The position numbers were made by a program, and so were the translations under genes. Shown here piece after piece: positions 27,813-34,033 of a DNA stretch of 34,033 nt; the first letter of the stretch is position 1; each line of letters starts with the position of its first letter. Below the pieces are notes generated by a model, which was given only the letters and a program-made list of their open reading frames with translations, ran no database searches and had not been told where the DNA came from. Location of the stretch: sequence record DRR723986_24382; one strand, given 5' to 3'.

Positions 27813-28756
27813 TCCAAAAAGAAAGGATTCCCATGGCGTTGATGTGGCTTAGGCGGAGGGAAAACACAAACGTTTAGCATCAATTCATGTGTTCCTTTAC
27901 CGTAAGTGCGCAAAGGGTTGGTCATGATGTCAAATGAGTAGCCGATCTTAATCATATTCACACGTGTACTTTCTGCTGGAGAAAAGGCGTATCCCATATT
28001 AAATGCAACCGCGTCAGACATTCTGTAGGATAATCCACCCCAGAGGTACGAGTAACTATTCAGCCAAATATCACCGGCAATATTAAAGTCAAATACCATG
28101 GAAGCGCCATCTGCTTTTAATAAGATGCTTGGTTTTAGATCTATTTTTCGTTGCGCTCTAATGCTGATGTTATAACCCGCTAATACATAGTAATGTCTAG
28201 CCACATTAAAATTGACAGCTTGAACCTCTTGCGGAACCAGGTGAGTGGTTGATATACCAACATAAAGTGGAATAGAAGAGCCGTGAAAATAGATACCCAT
28301 ATTGGCATCCATGATGGTGCCTGAAATTGGATCTGGCAAAATGGGATCGTCATCTGTTTGAGGTGGGATCCATACCGGAGAGAAGCCGACATTGACAATA
28401 CCAAGACCAATTCCTGCGCTAAAGTGCCCAATATTGGTTGGTAAATGATAAGCTCCGTTTAGTGTTAGGGTATTGTTCCGTTGAAAACCAATGGCATCAT
28501 TTGTAAATGATAAACCTACACCCAAATTTTGACGGGGAATATTGGCTTGTACGTTCAGTAAAGATGTGTTGGGAGCATCTTGTACGCGATCCCATTGATT
28601 TCGATAAATGAAAGTGCCACAAATTCCTTTGAACCCTGTTGTAGCCGGGTTGTATGACATGCGATCAAACATGTAATGAGTGAATTGTTTGTCTTGCTGT
28701 GCATGGATGCTGCTCAAAATTAAACAGCTGAATAAAAAAGTTAAGGTTGTTTTCAT
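27809..28756 (-). CDS. PorP/SprF family T9SS outer-membrane protein
   Basis: QQDKQFTHYMF...NPATTG...YRNQW...AP, IGYSFD, GTHELML. Confidence 0.9.
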   Translation of the reverse strand: MKTTLTFLFSCLILSSIHAQQDKQFTHYMFDRMSYNPATTGFKGICGTFIYRNQWDRVQDAPNTSLLNVQANIPRQNLGVGLSFTNDAIGFQRNNTLTLNGAYHLPTNIGHFSAGIGLGIVNVGFSPVWIPPQTDDDPILPDPISGTIMDANMGIYFHGSSIPLYVGISTTHLVPQEVQAVNFNVARHYYVLAGYNISIRAQRKIDLKPSILLKADGASMVFDFNIAGDIWLNSYSYLWGGLSYRMSDAVAFNMGYAFSPAESTRVNMIKIGYSFDIMTNPLRTYGKGTHELMLNVCVFPPPKPHQRHGNPFFLD

Positions 28757-28924
28757 AGTGCTAGATTTGTTTCTAACACTTTATGTTTTGAATTTTAAAA
28801 GGTAACCAGTTGTAATAGAAAAAAATGATTGTAAATGGATGAACTACTTGATAATGAATCCTAAAAAATCCTAATAATTTGAGTTGTTATAGGTGAATAG
28901 TAAAGCGATTATTAAATTAGAGAT

Positions 28925-29344
28925 ATGAAGTATCTAAGTTTTACTTTTTTAATCATGATGATGGTGTCTTGTGGTAACAGCAAAGACGTTAATTTGGATG
29001 ATGATACCGAGCGCAACCCTGAATGGACATTTGAAAATATTGCATTGATCATTCATGATGAATTCCCTGAGGCTTATGACAATTTCATCAATATTTCTTT
29101 CAGTAGAGTAGAGATGAGTATTACCCCAGAGAAAGCCAGTTTTTTAATTCCGACTAAGTATTTTGAAAAGAAACTGACACAAGAAGTGTGTAAAGAAAGA
29201 ACCGACAATGTGGTTGAAAAAATGACTGGATTTAGGGATGGTTGCCAAGAAGTTGAAATAGGGGAGTCGCAAAAATATGCTTGGCACAGTTGGGAAGATA
29301 AGGTAGTGACTAAGGTCACGATTTATTTTGCGATTGGTTGTTGA
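28925..29344 (+). CDS. Hypothetical lipoprotein
   Basis: Lipobox MVSC; converges on the distal end of the cassette array. Confidence 0.65.
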   Translation: MKYLSFTFLIMMMVSCGNSKDVNLDDDTERNPEWTFENIALIIHDEFPEAYDNFINISFSRVEMSITPEKASFLIPTKYFEKKLTQEVCKERTDNVVEKMTGFRDGCQEVEIGESQKYAWHSWEDKVVTKVTIYFAIGC

Positions 29345-29350
29345 GGTATT

Positions 29351-29449
29351 GAAGAAGTATTCGTGATAACCGTAGGGATTTTTTAGGGCTAAGGATAATT
29401 GGGTGAGAGTCTGGAGGCGTTTTAGAATGGTTTTTTGTTAGGTGCTGTT
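29351..29449. repeat. attC-like site 1 (truncated, left arm missing)
   Basis: Ungapped match to 32701-32794 (69/94 identical by hand count); ends GTTAGGTGCTGTT. Confidence 0.75.
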
Positions 29450-29451
29450 TT

Positions 29452-29955
29452 CTACTTTGAGTTGACTTTTGAGTCTACACCAAAATAATTCACTTCCTTA
29501 AATGATTCAGAGAGGGGTAGTTGAATTATGGATTGCATTTTCACATAAGCACCAAGACCGCAACCCTCACTAGTGTCTTGGGCGTATACATTTAGATCTC
29601 CGTTTTCAAAAGAGTAACTCGATTTAATTTCAAGACAAATTCCCCAAGCGAAGAAGTATTCATCAATTATAAGGCTGTCAGAATTCCTGAAGATTTGAAT
29701 TGAATCACGCTTTTTATTGTTTTTTCCGTAGGTAGAACTGAACTGTTTTGTAAACTTTGAGTCATTCCAAATGGAATCTTCTAAATAAATGCATTTAGTT
29801 GATATCCCGTCTGAATTCCTGATTTTCTGAACATCTAAATCCAATATTGATTCTAATGTATCTTGGTCTTGAATAGTTATAGATTTCTCATTATTATTCG
29901 GGCCGCAAGAACTTAAAATTAGAAGCGCATAAATAAAATTCAGAGTTCGATTCAT
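29452..29955 (-). CDS. Cassette E: hypothetical lipoprotein
   Basis: Lipobox LSSC. Confidence 0.7.
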   Translation of the reverse strand: MNRTLNFIYALLILSSCGPNNNEKSITIQDQDTLESILDLDVQKIRNSDGISTKCIYLEDSIWNDSKFTKQFSSTYGKNNKKRDSIQIFRNSDSLIIDEYFFAWGICLEIKSSYSFENGDLNVYAQDTSEGCGLGAYVKMQSIIQLPLSESFKEVNYFGVDSKVNSK

Positions 29956-29967
29956 TTGTCAAATTGT

Positions 29968-30137
29968 AATAGCACTCAACGTTTGAGTAAATATAATGCT
30001 TTCGAATAAGTTCCAGCATAGACGTTATGCAATTTTTAGATGCCGCCCTCGCTTTTGCATAGCTTCAGCGAAGCAAGGCGTTAGTGCGTTGACCATGCCG
30101 TATTGCCTTTTAGCATAGTTCTATGTAAGGTGTTGTT
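29968..30137. repeat. attC-like site 2
   Basis: AACGTTTGAGTAAATATAATGCTTTCG...AATTTTTAGATG...TTTTAGCATAGTTCTATGT, shared with 33439-33580. Confidence 0.8.
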
Positions 30138-30161
30138 TTAAGCTTATGTAGAACTGTTCTT

Positions 30162-30902
30162 CTATTGAAAAGTCAGATAATTCTTTTTCCAATAGTTTTC
30201 AATGAATTCCCACTTATCACCATAAAAACCGGGTGCTCTCGGTTCAGAGTAAACTTCTATTTCCTTTGTGCCAATATTATTAAATACAAATATACCGTTG
30301 CGTTCTTCATCTTCACAGCCAATTCCTTCGATAAAGCCTAATTGAACGACTTCGAAATTTTCAATAATGAATAATTCACTGCCCCAGTTGAAATCGGAAC
30401 ATCCACTTCTATGATATGAATAATAGAAATTGGTATTCCCTATTTTATTTGGTTCGGGATAGTTGTCGAAGGCTTTTATGTTATTGAAAGCATTGTTTTT
30501 TTGATCAAATACTATCAATTGACTTATACCACCAATATTTGTCATTTGATGAACTCGAATATCTAATATTCCATTTCCAGTGAAGTCTTCGAATTGAAAA
30601 CCAGCAGTGGCATAATCGAAATGTGAATAAAGAGTGTCGAGCAAATGATTAAGGATGGTCAGTTTCATATCACATTCATTGTCTTCCATGTTTTGAAAAA
30701 CGTAAAAGTTTTCTACTCCGATTTTCAGGGTGTCAGAATCATAAATACAGTCGTATGTGGAAACAGTCGGAGATTGAGAAGTAATTGTGTCCGAAATGGT
30801 TAATGGTTGGTCAATTTCATTGTTAATTTCATTGCTGATTTCAGACTTTGATGAACATTGGACGAACAATACTAAAATGATAATATACTTTATGGACTTC
30901 AT
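30162..30902 (-). CDS. Cassette D: hypothetical lipoprotein with a DxxGxGxxD (FG-GAP/XAC2610-like) motif
   Basis: Lipobox-like FVQC; EDFTGNGILD. Confidence 0.68.
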   Translation of the reverse strand: MKSIKYIIILVLFVQCSSKSEISNEINNEIDQPLTISDTITSQSPTVSTYDCIYDSDTLKIGVENFYVFQNMEDNECDMKLTILNHLLDTLYSHFDYATAGFQFEDFTGNGILDIRVHQMTNIGGISQLIVFDQKNNAFNNIKAFDNYPEPNKIGNTNFYYSYHRSGCSDFNWGSELFIIENFEVVQLGFIEGIGCEDEERNGIFVFNNIGTKEIEVYSEPRAPGFYGDKWEFIENYWKKNYLTFQ

Positions 30903-31005
30903 TTTGTCAATCTACAGATTGTTAGATTCGAAAGCACATTAAAAGAGTGAAATAAGATATTCCAATTATTATTTGTTGGTCAAGAGTGATTATGAGATTT
31001 CAGGT

Positions 31006-31173
31006 AATAACGCCTAATGTTTGAGCAAAGCTAGCAATTTATTGTGGTGTCAAGTAGGAGGGAAACCCTAATTCTCGGCGCACGTGTCGGCCATCCGGAT
31101 TTGGACACGTCATAAGAGGTCTATGTGTGGATCCGGGTGGCGATTAACTGTAGATACTGTGTTGTGTTTAGTT
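31006..31173. repeat. attC-like site 3 (divergent interior)
   Basis: Same end geometry as the other sites (AATAACGCCTAAT-GTTTGAG ... GTTGTGTTTAGTT) but an unrelated GC-rich interior. Confidence 0.6.
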
Positions 31174-31194
31174 TTTCACCACTCCCTTAAGTTC

Positions 31195-32601
31195 CTACAG
31201 ATTGTTTAGTTCTTCTTTCAATTCCGAGAGTGTAATTTCTTCAAAAGCAATGTCTTGAACTTCCTTTTCCGAAATAAGTTTCTTTTTAAAGAATGTTTCA
31301 ATTTTACCATCAGTATTTTTCATTCCAAAAATGGTTACCCATTCACCGTTTGGCACGTTCGGGAAATAATACTTTCCATCTTCATTCCTTGCTTGAATAA
31401 CTGAGTTAATTTCTGAGAAGATCATTTTGAATTCGATTTGATCACTCACTTTATAATCTACAAAAAGGTCTGTTTTATCTTCTTCTTCTAAATAAAGGAA
31501 TCGATCACAGTTGATCCAGCCAAGTTGGGCAACATTGAAGATGTAATATTCTGCTTCAGCTTTGTCCATACTCGTAATCGGCACATCTTCAAATTCGGCA
31601 TATTTTTCATCAAAAGATTTCATATAATTTTCTCGTTTTTCAAATTTCTGCACCGCTCTACCTTCAGTAATTAGCATGTATCCTTCTCTCTCAATTATTT
31701 CTCCGTGCATGTTTTTACCTGGTTCAAGTTGTGGAATGTTGTATAAAAAGCGTTTGACTTCTGCTTTAGTAGAATCAGAAATTGGGGTATGAATTCTTAC
31801 ATTCTTTATGTAGCCTTCTTTCGTTATTTTCATGGCACATTCAATTCCAAAAGTATTCCAGTCATCAAATACATTAGGATTAAGATTAGATAGTTTGGTT
31901 TTGTTCTCAGTTGTTGTTATCTCTGAAATTGCTTTTTCCGACCAATCAAATGATTTTACATAGAAATCAATAGGATTCCAGTAGTAAACATCTTTATCTC
32001 CAAAATCTTTTGGTTGGAAGTCGTATTCGGTTGAGTCGTCATGTTCAGGATATAGCCATCCATAATTACCTAATGTAAGTGTCTTTTGCATTACATTTCC
32101 TGATTTATCAAGATTCCAGTCCATAACGGCATCATCAGATGATTGCTCTCCTGCGTAGAATAGCTGCATATCATCTTTTTTGTAAGATTTTGTAGGAAAA
32201 TGAACTACCAAATCATTGCCATTAACAATTTCAACTTCGTTTCCGTTTGATTCTGCAGCGATATAGAGCATACCTCCAGATTCGAGTAGTTCATCACTTG
32301 AAGATGTTGAGAGATCTGCAAGGGCAATTTCTGTTTTAGTGTAATATTCCTCAAGTTGAATAGTTACAGTTTCTGTAACTGGGGTACCATCATGAAATTG
32401 AAAAGAGTTTGATTCGATAAATATTCGAGTTCCTGATTCTCCAAAAATTGTGGTATCCCTAGTTGGGTCAATATTAAACTCAGAAGACATAACATTTTCT
32501 TCCAGCTCTTCAGAAGATAAAGAGGTGTCTGAAATTGATGAGTTACCTGCACAGGCCGAAAGGAAGATTATTAAGGGTAAAATAAAATGATACTTAGTCA
32601 T
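31195..32601 (-). CDS. Cassette C: Bacteroidota lipoprotein (LESGGM / LGWINCDRF family) with a possible TonB-C-like central insert
   Basis: Lipobox LSAC; motifs LLESGGMLYI and YIFNVAQLGWINCDRF. Confidence 0.72.
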   Translation of the reverse strand: MTKYHFILPLIIFLSACAGNSSISDTSLSSEELEENVMSSEFNIDPTRDTTIFGESGTRIFIESNSFQFHDGTPVTETVTIQLEEYYTKTEIALADLSTSSSDELLESGGMLYIAAESNGNEVEIVNGNDLVVHFPTKSYKKDDMQLFYAGEQSSDDAVMDWNLDKSGNVMQKTLTLGNYGWLYPEHDDSTEYDFQPKDFGDKDVYYWNPIDFYVKSFDWSEKAISEITTTENKTKLSNLNPNVFDDWNTFGIECAMKITKEGYIKNVRIHTPISDSTKAEVKRFLYNIPQLEPGKNMHGEIIEREGYMLITEGRAVQKFEKRENYMKSFDEKYAEFEDVPITSMDKAEAEYYIFNVAQLGWINCDRFLYLEEEDKTDLFVDYKVSDQIEFKMIFSEINSVIQARNEDGKYYFPNVPNGEWVTIFGMKNTDGKIETFFKKKLISEKEVQDIAFEEITLSELKEELNNL

Positions 32602-32664
32602 AAGCTTTTGGGTTAATAACGTGGCGTTTATTTGAAGATGAAAGACCTGTTAAAAGGTAATCTC

Positions 32665-32799
32665 AATTAAATACAAGGTTTGGTTAAATATAATGCTTTC
32701 GCTGAAGTATTAATTTTGATGGTGAGAAATTTTTGGGACTAAGGATAATCGGTGGAGAGCTTGGAGGCCTTCTTGCATGGTTTTATGTTAGGTGGCGTT
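32665..32799. repeat. attC-like site 4
   Basis: GTTTGGTTAAATATAATGCTTTCG left arm; right arm GCATGGTTTTATGTTAGGTGGCGTT overlaps the TAA stop of 32788-33438. Confidence 0.8.
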
Positions 32800-33438
32800 T
32801 TCATTCAAGTACTGATCAACTGCCATAGGCTCTGATAGGTACACAAGTTCAAGTGAATTCCAGTCCATCAGAACGAGATTCCAGTTCTTTCCTACTTGAT
32901 TTAAAACCTTTGAAATTCCTGCGTCCTTGAGATTACTAATGTTAGTTAACCAAATTTGGTCAATGATCTGTTCAGAAGTGAACCCATAATAGATTGCAGA
33001 ATAATCTTTTCCATAGGCACTCGTGTTTTCACTTAAAACCCGATAACTTTCGCCATAACCAGTTGATACTATATCGTGCCTTGTGGTGTTCAGTTGACCA
33101 ATCACAAATTCCAATTCAGATTTAGTTATTTGCAACTTATTTAAAGGGTATTTTTCTTCATCCCGGACAGTAATCTTTTTATAACCGGGTTCATCTGGAG
33201 TTGAATCTTTCTGACCAAGTATAACTTCTGCTTGTCCTTTTAAGAATTGTAGATTTTCATGAGGTAAAATTTGAATTTGACAGTAATCGTCTTCATGGTA
33301 AAATATAGTTGCCGAAGAAACATTGAAATTTGGTTTAGGTGGGCCATCACCGGGATTCTTCTGCGGTTTACCAAACATTTTGTGCAGAAGTATTGCTAAG
33401 AGCAAGAGTCCAGTAAGAGCTGCATAAGTTAATCCCAT
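32788..33438 (-). CDS. Cassette B: hypothetical protein with an N-terminal membrane anchor
   Basis: Hydrophobic N-terminus; ATG directly follows the 13-bp cassette end and TAA lies inside the other end. Confidence 0.7.
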   Translation of the reverse strand: MGLTYAALTGLLLLAILLHKMFGKPQKNPGDGPPKPNFNVSSATIFYHEDDYCQIQILPHENLQFLKGQAEVILGQKDSTPDEPGYKKITVRDEEKYPLNKLQITKSELEFVIGQLNTTRHDIVSTGYGESYRVLSENTSAYGKDYSAIYYGFTSEQIIDQIWLTNISNLKDAGISKVLNQVGKNWNLVLMDWNSLELVYLSEPMAVDQYLNENAT

Positions 33439-33580
33439 AATGACACCTAACGTTTAAGTAAATATAATGCTTTCGCAGCAGCTTCAATATGGGCGCTAGG
33501 AATTTTTAGATGATGCTCAGTAAGCGCACGAGATGGTTGAGCCTCCAGCATTTTAGCATAGTTCTATGTTATGAATAGTC
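33439..33580. repeat. attC-like site 5 (best preserved)
   Basis: ACCTAAC ... GTTATGA ends; imperfect long palindrome (TATAATGCT/AGCATTTTA, GCTTCAA/TTGAGC, GCGCT/AGCGC). Confidence 0.82.
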
Positions 33581-33588
33581 TTTTACTC

Positions 33589-33999
33589 CTATAAACTGCG
33601 TGATATTCTTGCATTTCTTATTAAATAGTACTGTGGAATATATTGAGGAATAACTGAAGAATCCTTTAGAGTTGTGGTGCGTTCAAACAATTGACCTTTT
33701 ACTCTTACTTTTTTGTGTTCCATCTTATCAGGAAAATCATAAAGTCCTTCTATATAATAAGAACCTTTTTTTGCAATTATCAGTACACCTCCCTTTGCTG
33801 ATTCTGCTATACCTACAACATTTATTTTTCCTTGATAAATTATACTTGTCGACCAAGCTGGATAATCATAAAGTGTATCAGAGTATGAAATATTTTCATT
33901 TTCAACTAGTATTGTTTTACAACTACTTATAGATGAGGCTAACCACAGAAATAGAATAAATGTAGATAATTTAATGCTAGCTCTAAGTGAATTATTCAT
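33589..33999 (-). CDS. Cassette A: hypothetical lipoprotein
   Basis: Lipobox ISSC; the ATG lies inside the cassette end GTT-ATG-AATAATT. Confidence 0.68.
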   Translation of the reverse strand: MNNSLRASIKLSTFILFLWLASSISSCKTILVENENISYSDTLYDYPAWSTSIIYQGKINVVGIAESAKGGVLIIAKKGSYYIEGLYDFPDKMEHKKVRVKGQLFERTTTLKDSSVIPQYIPQYYLIRNARISRSL

Positions 34000-34033
34000 A
34001 ACTTTCGTGTAAAATTAGGCAATTTTTAGATTG
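33990..34033. repeat. attC/attI-like site 6, cut by window edge
   Basis: AATTATTCATAAC-N7-TAAAATTA then GCAATTTTTAGA, a motif also at 30029; its AATTTTTAGA core is also at 33501. Confidence 0.55.

Larger units (their letters stand above)
29351..34033 (-). mobile_element. Integron-like gene-cassette array (at least 5 cassettes; no integrase in window; open at right edge)
   Basis: Five co-oriented unrelated ORFs alternate with related 135-170-bp spacers, and each ORF is flanked by its own 13-bp imperfect inverted repeat with GTT/AAC ends. Confidence 0.75.

Noticed and set aside
31055-31143. HDV-like ribozyme in site 3
   Set aside because: Crossing stems exist, but there is no room for P3/L3 or P4 on either strand.
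9823-33932. Other short overlapping ORFs in the track (e.g. 9823-10194, 11286-11558, 15316-15654, 19508-19897, 21690-22046, 24648-24944, 29074-29319, 33672-33932)
   Set aside because: All lie within or opposite longer, better-supported CDSs and show no family signal.
29351-34033. CRISPR array interpretation of the recurring intergenic motif
   Set aside because: The repeats are over 130 bp, degenerate and separated by whole genes; no cas genes are present.
29351-34033. MITE/IS or simple terminator interpretation of the spacers
   Set aside because: No transposase or target-site duplications are seen, the end complementarity pairs across genes rather than across each spacer, and there is no GC stem plus U tract. 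Not fully excluded without a genome-wide copy survey.

Overview
A 34-kb chromosomal window from an AT-rich Bacteroidota genome, probably Flavobacteriales. This is inferred from the T9SS C-terminal sorting domains, a PorP/SprF gene, a short RpoD-type sigma factor and TAnnTTTG promoter boxes. The left part holds the 3' end of an ABC transporter, an RpoD/SigA-family sigma gene, an Rrf2-DUF2061-cysH-cysD-cysN sulfate-activation cluster, two tandem paralogous T9SS proteins, a nested REP-like element, an HtrA/DegP protease, an LRR T9SS protein, rlmF and a DEAD-box helicase. The middle is a long run of tightly packed minus-strand accessory genes. The main result is at 29351-34033, an integron-like gene-cassette array. 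Five unrelated, co-oriented, mostly lipoprotein genes are each bracketed by their own 13-bp imperfect terminal inverted repeat (coding-strand consensus GTT-N7-ATT ... AAC-N7-AAC, N7 specific to the gene). They are separated by 135-170-bp attC-like spacers, each with a TAnnTTTR box 7 nt before the next cassette. No recombinase lies in the window and the array runs off the right edge. All calls come from reading the sequence by eye; no database searches were run.
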